DNA of 63,825 nt. Source: Paraspadella gotoi (lineage: Eukaryota; Animalia; Chaetognatha). Positions 1-20,658 of the stretch are shown in pieces. The translations under genes and the position numbers were made by a program. Below the pieces are notes generated by a model, which made no database searches, was not told where the DNA came from, and saw nothing but the letters and a program-made list of their open reading frames with translations. Numbering within the stretch: position 1 is the stretch's first letter; each line of letters opens with the position of its first letter. The stretch lies in the NCBI GenBank assembly GCA_051294375.1, contig CM119266.1:20342516-20406340 (forward strand), read 5' to 3'.

Positions 1-1054
1 CAGCCGCAGCCGCCGCAGTGAGAGCAGACGCCCTTCGTCCTCGCCCTCGACTTTACGGTCGACGTCTCGTTCGAGATCGATGAGGCTGTCGCTCGCTTAT
101 CGTCTTCATCGTCGTCGTCGTCGTCGTCGTGATTTGATCGTCGCCACCAATCGATGCTCCTGTCTCCCCAGTCATCACGACCACCGGGAGAGATAGTCGG
201 AGAGAGTTCACCAATCTCTTTCCGAAAATGTTAAATCGGTACAACCAACATAAAAAAATATCCATTCATTTAATAAATATGTGTAAGTCATTGACTTTGG
301 ACAGGCGATGGTGTTTTAATAGAGTGCAATAAAGTGGTATAATATTTAAAAAATATGTTTTAATTGTATAAAATGGGTAAATTTTTGTACGAGTAGAGAG
401 AAATTGACTCGCTTTTGGGAATTTAAAAAAAAAATTATACTTATAAATTCAGTAAAAAAAAGACTATTTTCAATCAAAAAACACATCGGAGAGTAATTTT
501 TTCACAAAATTGAAAGCATGTTATCCAAATAAATAAATTGTTCGAAACTCATTTTTCAACTTAACAATGATTTTATAATAATGGCGTTAAGTCCCCGTCA
601 AACTTCAATGTAATCAATAACAAAAACCATTTTTGAGATATGATCGAAATCGTTTACGGCGCGAGGCTCAGTCAGTCAGTCACTCTGACCCCAACGTCGC
701 CGTTTAATTTAATCTCATCCAATTAGTTGACCTTTTGTCTGAGGCCGACGTTTTCAAAGAGGCGAGGGTAAGGGACCGAGAAGAGGATCGTGGGTAAGGC
801 GCCTTGGGAAGAGGAAAAGTCGGTAAGGAATATGTGGACCAGTAAATGCAGGAGCCAAATGGGAGAAAGAAGAGGAGCGGGACGAGAGGTCGGGAGGTTA
901 ACCCAGAATTTAAAATAAGGAAACTGAGTTTCTCATTCATTCTTGCTTATTCGGAGTTTTTCTCGTGCCAAGACGATTCATGAACATCCTACTAGAAATA
1001 AAAATACACAAACTGGAAAATTATTTGTGCTTTCGAACGATTAATCCCGAGAAG

Positions 1055-3152
1055 ATGAAGATCTTGCATTCTGTCGTGGTTATGTTTTCTCTTGCTTTTA
1101 CGAGTACTTCGCTACCATTAATTCAAGGTAAGAACTTAGCAGTTTACTTTTTATTTTTGCTCAAGTAACACCCACGAGATTGAATATTCTATATATATTA
1201 TATTATATTATATATATATTATATAATGTACCATATTGTTTCAGACTTGAGTTAAAAATCGTATTTACATGCTATATTATTGTAATAAAGATTTATTAAT
1301 AATAGAATGTTGAACCTTTTATTTCATATCTTAAATAATAGGATAATTTAAGCTCGAAATTCTTATTATATTAAAAATTTTAAATAATTAAATCAAATTG
1401 AAATAATTTCTAATTTTCTGACTGCCTGGAGTTTCCAGTTCCGTTGGGAAACGTTTTTCTTACTCATTCTAATAATAGAAATAATAATAATAATAAAACT
1501 TAAAAATTCCTTTTTTTGGATTGGTTTTAGAATCCATTAAAAAAAATTGTTTAAAAATTTCTATTCATTAATAATTGAACATTTTTATATCCAACTGTGT
1601 TCTCAATGAAGCATGAAACGTTGGGTAATTTTTAAGTTCATACATTTTAAATAAATGTAGAACCCTTGGATTGAAACCAAGTCTTTAATAAATTGTGCCC
1701 TTTTTGATCTCAGACGAGAAAACGATCAAAGGCCTCGGCCAACTCTACGGCGAATTCTACAAAATCTTCAAGCGCCTCTCACCCTCGAGCGGACGATCAC
1801 ACGGCGCCTTCTCTCTCGTCTCCAAGACGCTCCAGCATCCTTACCCGGCACTTACTTTTGAGAGCGGCGGCGGGGGCGGCGACAGCGTCTCTAGTGGCGC
1901 CGGGCACTCGAAGATAAAAACTCTGACAGCCAAAGACTGGAACGATTCCATGCTGGGGGATGAACCGAAGGCGCCGGGAAGAAAGTCGGCGTCGATCTCG
2001 AAGGCGTCTTCAAAGTTAATGACGGGCGGTGGGGGGTCCGAGTCCTTATGGGGCCGAGGAGGAGGAGGAGGAGGAGGAGGAGAAATCCTCTCAGACTTTG
2101 AAAGCAAATCTTTAAATGAAAAACCGAAAGATGTAGAAATACGTCATCAACAGCATCAACTTCATTCTCGAGCTCAAAATCTTCGTCGTCATCGTCGTCA
2201 TCACAAACTTCCTAACGGCGCCAACGACTTCGACCACCTGCCAATCCTCTCCGCTAACGAAATACGAAAAGGACCAGGTAGTCCCCGAGACAGTGGCGGT
2301 GATTGGCCGACCGCCAATGTAGATGTTGATGGTGATTGGCCGGCCGACAGTGGCGGCGATTGGCCGGCCGCTAATCTAGATGTTGACGGTGATTGGCCGG
2401 TTGACAGAGGCGGCTATCGGCCGGCCGTGTTCGAAGACGCTGACGATTGGCCGTCCAGTGCCATAAAAGGTGGCGGGCGAACTGTGAAAAAACTAGCAAG
2501 GATCGATAAAGAGAAGGAATCGTCTTTGTTGGAACTCGTCTCCAAGAAATCAATGTCGATACAATTCGGTGAAGACGTTGACAACGACAATTCCACAAGC
2601 GTCAACGTCCCCGCAAATGATGAAACGCCCCCCGACGACGACGACCCTTTCCGCGACGAGGTGGAAGACGTCCCCGCCGACTTGGAGGGCATCGAGGAAG
2701 TGGACCAGGTCTCCCTCGACTTCATCGAGCTTCTCATGCGGCAAAACGCGATGCGCAACCAACGCTTCGTCGACGACGAGGACGTCGAGAGTGCGGCTCC
2801 CGGAAGCGCCGACCACGACGTCATCGCCGACGACGACGACGACCTCAATCGGCGTCGAGTTTTGCGCGACGAAGACTTGGAGCGAATCCGGGCGCTCTTG
2901 CCCGAAGACGCCGACGTTCGTCGATTGCTGGCGCCGAAATCCGGAGACGACGACGACGACTACGCGATCGATCTCAATCCGTACAGATTGGACGGAGAGA
3001 CGGACTATTTCGTGGACGAACAGGTTGAGGAGGAAGAGCCCGTCGCGGGTGCAAGGGAGGAGGAAGAGGAGGAGTACAAGGAACTTTGCGTACGCGTGGA
3101 CAAGGAAGTTTTTTGCATCTACAAAAAATCCCCCAACGAGATTTATTCTTAA
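1055..3152 (+). CDS. Secreted acidic, largely disordered protein with GDWP repeats (prohormone/granin-like); 2 exons, ~503 aa
   Basis: Exon 1 1055-1127 encodes a signal peptide (MKILHSVVVMFSLAFTSTSLPLIQ) and ends G|gtaag. Exon 2 1714-3152 starts ctcag|AC in phase 1 and joins the 485-aa ORF. Contains many dibasic sites, a D/E-rich C-terminal half and a C-terminal Cys pair. Confidence 0.8.
2288..2460 (+). repeat. Coding tandem repeat (~57-bp unit) encoding DSGGDWPxANxDVDGDWP
   Basis: gacagtggcggtgattggccgaccgccaatgtagatgttgatggtgattggccggcc occurs about 3 times, with decay. Confidence 0.85.
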
Positions 3153-3443
3153 ACCCAAACTTTTTTTTTTTTGAACGTAATTTAAAAAAACTCGAGTCAC
3201 TAAACATGTCTTTGTTTTTATTAGATTTATATATATTTTTATCTCTGTTCGTTTAGCGCGAAACTTCGATGTCTTTTCGATTTAATATTCTCGATGATAT
3301 TTCTTCAACCCCGTCTATCTGGTGCCTCTCTCTCATCCGTCTCATTCATTTCTCTCATTTGCTCTCTTTCTCGCGGTCTTGATCTCTTTCTCTCTTTCTT
3401 CTTTCTCGAATAGCCGGTGTGTCGAGCCGGCCCTATTATCTCT

Positions 3444-3475
<32 letters not shown>

Positions 3476-4547
3476 CTGTCTTCCTCTCTCTCTCTCATCT
3501 CTCTCTCTCTCACGCGCGTTTCAATCAATCATATGGCGACAAAAGGTGAGACAACTTCATTGAATTCTCTCCGGCTGTGCCGTCGTCATCGGCGCGACGA
3601 CGAGAGAGAGAGAGCGAGAGAGAGCGAGAGAGAGCGAGAGAGAGCGAGAGAAGAGAGAACGAGAGAGAGCGAGAGACGAGATAGAAGAGGCGAGCGAGGA
3701 GAGCGAAGAGAGAGCGAGAGAGAGAGAGAGAGAGAGAGAGACTCTTTTCTCTTCTCGGCGCCGCGGCGTTCTTTTTTCGCGCGCTTTCTCTGCCTTCGCC
3801 TCCACACGGCGCCGAAATTGAAACGAAGAGCTACCAGACTGAGATGGCGCCACAATTCAAACAATTTTCCTTCTGCAACTTTTTCTTTTTTTTCTCTCTT
3901 TTTTCTTTTCTTTTCTCTTTTCATTTTTTTTTTTAATTCAGTTTTGATTTAGATTCGCTTTTCCGCCAAAATTTTATTTCCGCTTTGTGTTTTGTGTTTT
4001 GCCTTTGTGAGGCATGAGATCCAGACTAATAAAAACAATTGTTCCAGTTTCAATTTGAATCTATTCTTTAATTGATAATCGGCTACTGTGGCCAATGTCG
4101 GACTATGTTGATAGACATAAAACTTTTGAGCCAGATATTCACCTAAAACCGATTTCATTCAGGCGTTATTATGTAGACAGTAGAAGACAATAACGAATTT
4201 AAAGTAGATGGTATTGTAGTTTCCATTATTAGCAAGGAGTATAAGCACTAAAAACTAAAAATAACAATTTATTAGAAACTTATACTTTAAAGAAAAATAA
4301 TCATTTTTTACAAGACAAATTCTTACATCCTTTTAGCCAGGAGTTATCAAACCTCAGTGACTCAAACAAGTGAAGCTGCCTTTTTTATAGGGCTCTGACT
4401 TTTGTTTCTTACAAAATATTTACAAGATGGCAGCACATAAAATTAGTTAGTAATATAGGATTACGGCATGACTACTGTTATAGAGAAAACAAGAGATCAC
4501 TAAATTTAATCATAATGTCAAAAAGTATTCCAACATTACGCTTTAAT

Positions 4548-4776
4548 GTTCACCCCGCCTATAAGCAACGTGACCTTCAGTCATAACCCGGCGGCTCATT
4601 GAGTAATACCATCAGCTCATGACCATTAGGTCCCTGCGGGTAGTATGAGAAGGGCCGTAAACCGCCATGGGGACCTGGAAGCCCAGTACCCGTTCTATGT
4701 CTGCTACCAGGGTTTAGAGAAGTTGAGGGTAGCACTCTTCAGCCCGCTTAGCGCCTTATCCAAAGTACTAAAGTTA
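4548..4776 (+). mobile_element. Dispersed repeat family B, copy 1 (SINE or non-LTR 5' fragment-like)
   Basis: Colinear with the reverse complement of 24178-24424: shared blocks gttcaccccgcct, gctcattg, ccatcRgctcatRaccat, ggccRtaaaccgc, tggggac, agcgccttatcca. Confidence 0.65.
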
Positions 4777-5014
4777 AAAAAAGTAGATAAAATTAGCTTC
4801 GTATTCGCAAACTTCCTCCACAAGTAGTACTCGTAGTCTATTAGTGACTTTTTTTCTTTTTGCTTCATGTTTTTCTCGTCTTTTCTTCTCCTTCCTCCGC
4901 CTTCTCTTTTCTTTTTCTCATTTTCCTTTTTTCCTCCATTTTTATCTTACTCCTTTGGTTTGAACTCAAGACTCTTGGTTGAGACTCCAAGACGCCACCT
5001 TGACGACCTGAGGG

Positions 5015-5048
<34 letters not shown>

Positions 5049-6658
5049 AGAGAGCAACTTTATGATAAAAGTGGTTATGATTTTCGCTGATGCCTACGGA
5101 GGTAAGAGGGACAAGATGACTGCCAAAAATGATGAGAATATGAATAATGAATCCAGAGAGTGAGACAGAAAAAACGAGTTCACATCCAACTCGTACCGTA
5201 GTCTTAATCTAAAAGTGAAACATTAGGCAATGTTATTGGCACTCGGGCAGTAAAATGATATCGCAATGTTTTATTTCATTATCACGTTACACCTTCAGTT
5301 ACTTTTTTGTGGGAAACTAATCCGTTTTACGTGCGAACGCTAATTAATTGATAAATGAATGAATGACATTCTAAAATTTGATTTCTTTCCCTCAGACATA
5401 AAAACCCAGACTCGCTCACCGCTCTGTCTCGCCCCCCCCCCCTGCCCATACTACCGCCCAGACGCCTTCGACGGCGGCGGATCACGCGCCAGCGGCGTCT
5501 CGCGGCGAAGAGAAGAACAATTAGTCTCTTCCCCGGACGGACTATCTCCCTGGTTGCCCGTCGCGGGGGTCCGGACTTGTGTGGTGTTGGGGGGGAAGGT
5601 GGAGGGGCAGAGGGGAGTGAGGTTTTTTTTTTTTTTAGGAACGAGAGATTGGTAGAGTGGATCAAAAGAGAGATGAGACGAAAGGGGAACGGGTAAAGTA
5701 GACGTCATGAAGGGATTCTCAACTGAAATGAGAAAAAAAGGCAGGAAAAAGATGAGGTTATATATCTGAGTTCGACGATAAAAATTTTTAAATTGATAAT
5801 GTCCAGTCGTGTGCCAAAAATATCGCGACGCTTTATTTTAAACTTTAAAAATAACCCTATATACTTAATTTTTTTTTTAAATGTTAAAAGTGAATTAAAG
5901 TTTATTGCATAAATTTTATTAAAATCAGGCTATCCATCTAGGAGCAGTGATTTTTTTTAAATAAAGAACTCTATCGCAAAGCTGAATGAAAAAAAATCTG
6001 ATAGATTTAAGATTAATCTTTTTTCTTCTGATATTTTGTATTCATTGTAGTAAATTAAAAATGAAAAAAAAATTATACTGGATATTCGGAGGAATAGCTG
6101 GATAACTGGACTCCCTAAGATCTTTAAATAATAATCTTAATGTTATTAAAATATACAATGAATGATAGGTCCATGATTCTATTCGATTTTCCTGTTTGGT
6201 TTTAGAAAATTCAAGTTTAAAAAATGATATCTCCTAAACCACTTGCTCGATTTTAATAAAAATTATTTTTATATAATTTTTAAAAAGGTTTATATAGAGC
6301 ATCTGGAATTTAAAGTTACAAAGTGGCGCGTTTTTTTTTTGCACATGAGTGTATTATTTAAAAGAAGGCAAAATGACTACTGACATCCTTAACAGTGCTC
6401 ACTGCACAGTCACAGTTCTCATGCATGTATCTTACATACCGATCAAAGGTGTAGACTGTAGACTGTAGAGTTTAGACAGCAAATGGTGAATGCCAATTGC
6501 AGATTCCTTTTTAGAAACGCTTAAACGTTTTCTTGTTTATTAATTTAAAACAACACTATTATTCGCAACACTTCTCGACTATCATACTTGTTTTTTCTTC
6601 ACTTTAACACCGCCTTCTCTTTTCTCTTTTCTTTTCGTCTGCTCGTTCGCCCCCGCCC

Positions 6659-6706
<48 letters not shown>

Positions 6707-7335
6707 CATCCGTCGAATTTGTATATCTCAAATTCACCATCGCCCCTCTCGCCCCGCGGGGTATTGACGCCGGTGAGTCGCTTCTTCACGCTCGTCTTCC
6801 CCCTCTCTCTTTCTCATCACTCCCCCCTCCTCTTCCTTCTCGCCGAGGAGCCAGCGGCGAGAAATCACCCTTTTTTTTTCGGCTTTACCATCGGATGATG
6901 CGGGGTGACCTAAGAGCACATGTTATAAGAATTCATCTTCATTTACGGTGGCGTTTTCCTGACAAAATGAGACGAAAAGAAAAAAAAAGAGGGAGGAGGA
7001 GGATGAGGAGGATGAGGAGGAAGGGATATTGAGGGGGCGCGTCCGTCGACGATTCGCCGCCGGCTTCTTTTCCCGAAACAACGTCTTGCGAACGACGACG
7101 ACGACGACGACGACTACTAAGAAGGAATCTGAAAAGAAGATGAAGAAGAAGAAGAATAATAAAAATACTAAAAACAGTAAGAAGAATAATGATGATAAAA
7201 ATAAGAAGTAGAAGAAGAAGAAGACGAGGAAAAATAAGAGAAGAGGATAATGAAGACGAACGTAAGAAAAACAAAAAATCCTCTCTCTCTCTCCATCTCT
7301 CTCTCTCTCTCTCTCGTCTCTCTCTCTCTCTCTCT

Positions 7336-7376
<41 letters not shown>

Positions 7377-8039
7377 CCTAATCCCACCCCCAATCGAGCG
7401 AACGTCTTCCTCAGTTCGACTCTCGACTTTCCGCCATTTTTTTTCTTTCGCTTTCGGTTATTAATCAATTCGTCGTCGATGGAATCGGAACCGGAACTCG
7501 TGACGTCAGCACAAAAACCGAAAGAAGGTGAGGGAATTTGGGTGAGGGAGAGAGGGGGGAGGTGAAAGAGGGGTTAGAGGTTGGGGAGAAATGGTAAGGA
7601 CTGGGTTGGGGTCAGACGTGGGAAAAAAGGGGGGAAAAATCAAGGCTGAAAGGCGGGAGGGAAGTTGTAATTTGGATAATTGAAAATATTAATATGAAGA
7701 AATAGAAATGAAACATGGATAATCAAATTTATAGAAAATTAAATATCAAATATTAATTGTTTTAAAATCTAAAAAAAAACTTAACCAAGTAATTTTTGCA
7801 ATTTCCATGGATGAAAGAACGTAGGAAACGAGGGAGGGGGAAGAAAGGTAAGCGGTTACCCTCGCCAACTCTTGGGCACAGGAAACGGTAAAAAAAATGA
7901 AAAGAAAGGAAAAAAAAAGGAACGCGGAAATAAAAGGGAACTTTGAAAGTAAGCGAAGGGAGGCGGTCACCTCCGCCGATCTCTCGGGGAAGGACAATGC
8001 CACGAAGTCGAAAAGGAATATGACAAAGCGGCGAGGTCA

Positions 8040-8900
8040 AAGGTGAGGGCGAATCGGAGGAAAGGGAGGAAAGGAGATGGGAGGAGGAGGAGGAGGAAAG
8101 GGAGGAATGAGGAGGAAAGAAAAGTGGAGGGAGAAAAAAATGGAGAATTGATGAGGAAAGGAGGAAAGAAAGAAAAGGAGGTGGAAGAAAGGGAGGATCG
8201 AGAAGGAAAGGGATGAAAGGAAAGGAGGGAGAAGAAAGTCAGGGAGAAATTGTTGACGCAGAAGAAAAGTTATTTGGCCAAGAGTTTTATCTTGATGAGA
8301 AAACTTAAACTATCAAATTTAAAACAATTAACTGCATGCAATATCGTCGCTGTCAAATAAACTGAAAAAAAAACCCAAAAAAATAAAACGCAAAAAAATG
8401 TTTACAAAAAAAAAAGATTCGTCGGTGAGAATCGAACGCGAGAATTCGCGTGATTAGGCGCCGAGGGCGACGACGAAAAAAAAGGTAGGACGGAAAAGAA
8501 AAGAAAAAGGGAGGAAAGGAAGGAAAAGGAGGAAACGGAGGGAAGGAAGGAGAAGGAAAGATAGTGAAGAAAAGGAGGTAAGGAAAAAAACGGAGGAAAA
8601 GGAAGGAAGAAAAAGGAAAGATAGTGAGGAAAAGGAGGGAAAGGAGGAAAAAGAGAAAAGAGAGGTAAGGGAGGAAAAGGAAAGATAGTGAAGAAAAGGA
8701 GGAAAAAGAAGGGAAGGAAGAAAAAGAAAAGATAGATAGGATGGAAGGGAGCAAAGAGAGAAAAAGGTGAAAAGAAAAGGAAGGAAAAAGAAGAAAGGGA
8801 GAAAAAGGAGGAAAGGAAGAAAAAGGAGAAAAGAGATGAAGGGGAAAAAAGGAGGAAAAGGAGGAAAATGAAGGAAAGGGAGGAAAGGTAGGAAGCAACG
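8040..8900. repeat. Polypurine (A/G) low-complexity tract
   Basis: Two A/G-rich blocks (~8040-8250 and ~8475-8900) separated by mixed sequence; produces spurious F/S/L-rich ORFs on the minus strand. Confidence 0.85.
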
Positions 8901-8968
8901 GAGAAGAGACACTCAGGAGTCAAATGTCGACAGAAGTCGCGAAAAAGATCGTCAACACATGCCGCGAG

Positions 8969-16220
<7,252 letters not shown>

Positions 16221-16829
16221 CAAAATCTTATCTCATCTTTGATTGCTACTTTTGTTACTTTGTTTTCGAGTAACGACGTCGTCCCGCCGCGAAGTGTCAT
16301 CTATCGGCGGCTTTTGTTTACGAGTTTCTGTCGGGTGCCGGCAGAGGCCGCCAGATGCTGCTGAAAGCCTCAAGGGGCCGGGGAGAAACGCGTCGCAGCG
16401 AATCGGTTCGTTTCGGTTGGAAGAAACGACGATAGCGACGACGATGACGACGACGACGCCGGTGCGCCTCATTCAATCTTGACGCCGGGTTACGATTATG
16501 AGTTAACGCCGTTGAAACTAAAGGCCGGCTTTAACGACGAAAGGTTGAAGTCGACAAATGTGAATATTTTTTTTTAACTTTTTTTTAAATCGTTCACAAC
16601 TAAATCGATTTTCGATAAGATAAGAGCGGATGTGTAAGCTTTTACGATCGTTTTCGTTCAAAATTGTATAATTACCGTTGTACTATAAAGATTTAAAATA
16701 TTCTGAAATTGTTAATATTAGCTGATTTTTAATTGACAATTTTTTTTTTTTAATTTAAGCTTTGATTAGCAATAATTTCGGATTGTCAACGCCATTTTCG
16801 ACGAACGCACGGGCAAGACTAGGGGAGAG

Positions 16830-16868
<39 letters not shown>

Positions 16869-18044
16869 GAGAGAGGAGAGAGGAGAGACGAGAGAAGAGA
16901 GAGAGAGAGAGAGAAGAGAGGAGAGAGAGAGAGAGATTTTGATGCAAGGCATTCAGTTTTCGCGGCACATTCCATCGCGTCGCCATCTAAAACGCCATCT
17001 AGTCTAAGATTGGGAAGATAATTCATTCGAGGTTTTGTTGCGTCTTCCTTTTAATAGGCGATCGTTTCAAAAGCGTTTCTTTCAAACCCACAGCCGCGCC
17101 GCTGCCGACGCTGCCGCCGCTGCCGCCGCTGCCGCCCTCACCGCTGCAGCCGCCACCGCCTTCGCCGCCGCGTTCTTCAGCGTCTCCTCCAATACCCTGC
17201 CTCTGGTGGTGGCGACCGCCGGAAAAAAAAAATTTGACGCCCGACGTTGGTTTCACGAAATTTAGTCTTCACTTTTTCAACTTGTGATGCTTCAATCTGT
17301 GATGCTCACTTATTCCGATTGAGATATATGTACGAAGAAAACGGGAAAAGCTCTCGACGCTACTTTTTTACTTTTTTTTCTAAAATGATTTTTTCTTAAA
17401 AAAATCGAGTTTTCATGGAGAAAAAAGATGGAAGCCATTATTTTTTTTTGGGGTGGGGCAGAAGGTTATCGGTTGGTGGAGGAGAGGTTCGGTTAGAGAA
17501 AGAGATACATATTATATTGAAAAGACGATGTCCTCCCAAATACGCGACAACCGCGTCCCCTTCGAAAAACCAAAGATTCAAAATGGTTAGGATAAATATT
17601 ACCCCCCAAAAAAAAAATTCCAAGAGGGGGAAATCGAGAGACGTTAAGAGCGTTTGGGTGTGATTAACCGAAGCTGGGTGTGGTGGTGGGTAATGTTGCG
17701 CCCGCAGGCGGCAGACGTTATTTTAATCACCTCCGCTGGAGAAGAGTTTCGCAGAAGGAAGATCCATATTTTTAATCACCGCTTCAAAGTGCCGCGCGGT
17801 CGGAAGGGGGGAGGGAGGGGGGAGAAAAGGAAAGAGAGGAACGAGGGAAAGGGGGACGAGGAGGAGGAGGAGGAGGAGGAGGAGCCAGTTTTTTGTCTGA
17901 TTTCAACAGACGCGTAACCAAGTTTTTCAAAGGCGCGAGGCGCAGGAAATGACGCCCACAAATTATCACGAGGTTTATGTCTTGAAAAGTAGAGAAAGGA
18001 GAGAGGGAGGTGGGAGAGAGAAATTGGGAAAGAGAGAGAGAGCG

Positions 18045-18045
18045 A

Positions 18046-18129
<84 letters not shown>

Positions 18130-18160
18130 AAAAAAGAAGGATAGAAAGAAAGAAAGAGCG
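18045..18160. repeat. (AAAG)n microsatellite
   Basis: Direct reading. Confidence 0.95.
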
Positions 18161-18472
18161 AAAGAAAGTCAGTCAGTCAGTCAAGAAGAACCTCAAAAAC
18201 ATTTTGCTTCAAGTTCGTCACAAATGAACACTCAGTCTCAGATAGTTTTTAGCGATGTTCAATTGTTCATTGCTCAATAAGTCAAATGTTCATTTTAAAT
18301 ATTCCCGCGTTGGAAAAAACATAAACCGCTCGCACGAAAGCAATACAAACGGTTTATCTTTCTCCCCAAATTGTTTCGGTTCCAAAATGAAGCGACTCAA
18401 ACTAAAAAAAAAACCACAATGAAAGGATTAAAAAAAAGAAAACAAATGTTTCTCAAAATGGAATCCATGCCT

Positions 18473-18519
<47 letters not shown>

Positions 18520-18776
18520 GCCGGCGTCAATGCAATCGGCGACGTCTTCTCGTTAAAACCAGGCGCGACTGTAATCGCCAAAAAGAAATAAAACTTTTTC
18601 GCGCTTCTTCTTTTTCATGCGCAACGAAAACAAAGGGACGACGACGACGACGACAACTCAAACAAGACAACGACCACAAAGTAGAAGAGGCTCCGAAGAT
18701 AGAAAAAACGAAAAGTAAATGAGTGAATGAGTACAAACGTTGCCGACGTCAAAGACAAAAAAAGGGGAAAAAATAG

Positions 18777-19004
18777 GGCCGTCTTTTCCCAAAGCACCCC
18801 ATTTCTGTTTCTTATCCCTAAATTTAATTTAAACTTTAACATTTAACTCTAATCTATTACCAAACTTATAACCCTAATTCCTAACTTAATCACTAACCTT
18901 AACCTAATCCATAACCTCGATCTCTAACCTAAATTTTAAACAAACAAAAAATTAGTTTAATTTCTAATTTAACATGAAATTGGACGCTTTGGGAAAATGA
19001 TGCC
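18777..19004. mobile_element. MITE-like element with ~29-bp TIRs and internal degenerate (CCTAAY)n repeats, copy 1
   Basis: Left end ggccgtcttttcccaaagcaccccatttc; reverse complement of right end ggcatcattttcccaaagcgtccaatttc; internal taaccctaa/cctaat/ctaacctt. Confidence 0.75.
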
Positions 19005-19548
19005 AAAAAAAAAGAGAATTGGATTCCTGGCGGAGATTGGAAAGTGGAGAGGCGACAAATTCGTGATCCTTTCGAAATTCAGAAAAATCAAATTTAGGAA
19101 GAAGAAAAAAGAACAGTGATGCTAAATACAAAAAAAAAGTATTAACAAGTCTCAAAATCAAAGACGGCCTCGACTTCAATCTCGATCGCTCGTCAACCAG
19201 ATCGATCTTCCCAAACTCCTCGTCGACGATCGGTGACGGCGAACGAAACAAATAACAACAACAACGACGACGACGCGGATGTCGACGATCGGCGCTAACG
19301 ACGTTAACGACGCCGTTTCCGCCAACGACGCCGCCGCGTCGTAAAAAGGTGGCGTTCATCAAGGGATGTTCGCGCCCGTGACGTGACAGGTGGCGCGGTG
19401 ACGTCATCAGCGCCGACCGAAAGTCATTCGACGCCGGTGCGACGCCGCCGCCGTTAAGCCGCAATCGATCATGCGGTCGGGCGTCGTTTCGGTCGAAGAG
19501 AATCGAGATTCGTTGTTTAGAAATTCGAGGGGCTTTTACTGAGAGAGG

Positions 19549-19642
<94 letters not shown>

Positions 19643-20062
19643 AGAGAGAGAGAGAGAGAGCACGCCAGTGAGATTTAATTATCTCACCCGTTTCCCTCCA
19701 GCACCATATGCACCATAGGCGTCACGACGACGCAAATGGTTTTCTCATGACGTCGATAAAAAGGGACGACGTCACCTGAGAGGAAATGGAAAAAGATTGA
19801 CAAGCAACGAGACAAGCAACGAGCCAAGCACGTTGATGGCGCTTCTACGCAAGAAAGCGGTGGTGGAGAAGAAGAATGAAGAGAGACAAGGCAAGCAGAG
19901 CGATTGACAAGCGTCAAGACAAGCAAATGCATCGGTTTTCCGCGCTACTTGAGAAGGAAAAAGAATTAAGTAATGTGGTACAAGTAGCGCAAGACTTTAA
20001 CTTTAGGTAAAAAAAATACTTAATTTCTTACTCATCCTGCACGCGTGTCATTGTTAGGTTTT

Positions 20063-20084
20063 GTTATTATTATTATTATTATTA

Positions 20085-20180
<96 letters not shown>
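20063..20180. repeat. (ATT)n microsatellite
   Basis: Direct reading; produces the poly-Ile ORF. Confidence 0.95.
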
Positions 20181-20658
20181 TATGAATTTTTGTTGTGGGA
20201 AGTGATTAAATATGAAATAGAAAAATTATCTTTTCATTTAATAAATAAGCTATTCTGCCCCTCACCTTAGACAGGCTATGTGGTTTTCGTCCACACCTCC
20301 ATCGTTCTTACGAGATAATGAGATAGCATAACCTGCAAGATTTTAATCAAGACTCTCACCCAGTCAAGTTCATTCACTACGCATTTTTAAGTCACGATGA
20401 CGGTATTTATTTAATTAGCATGAAATGATCACGACAATTTAAGAACAAATGGCTAAATCACGGCCTAACGCAATTTCGATATAAATTAGCAAGATAATGG
20501 CGAGAGAAACTAAGAACAAAAAGAAGACGGGCGAGTCAGACTCTTTGCGACAACAGATTTGATGATTTCCTCTACTTCACAATTGGACCTAAATTGACTT
20601 CGATTCGATGTCGAAATTCCTCCAACAAATTCCTCCACATCATTTCGCCCCGAACTCG

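Noticed and set aside
1841-3207. Overlapping antisense and alternate-frame ORFs up to 216 aa
   Set aside because: Shadows of the GC-rich (GAC)n-containing exon of the secreted protein.
16240-19950. CpG-rich patches and Ala-rich ORF 17035-17265 as possible RUFY FYVE exons
   Set aside because: No FYVE Cys/His pattern; more likely regulatory or low-complexity DNA.
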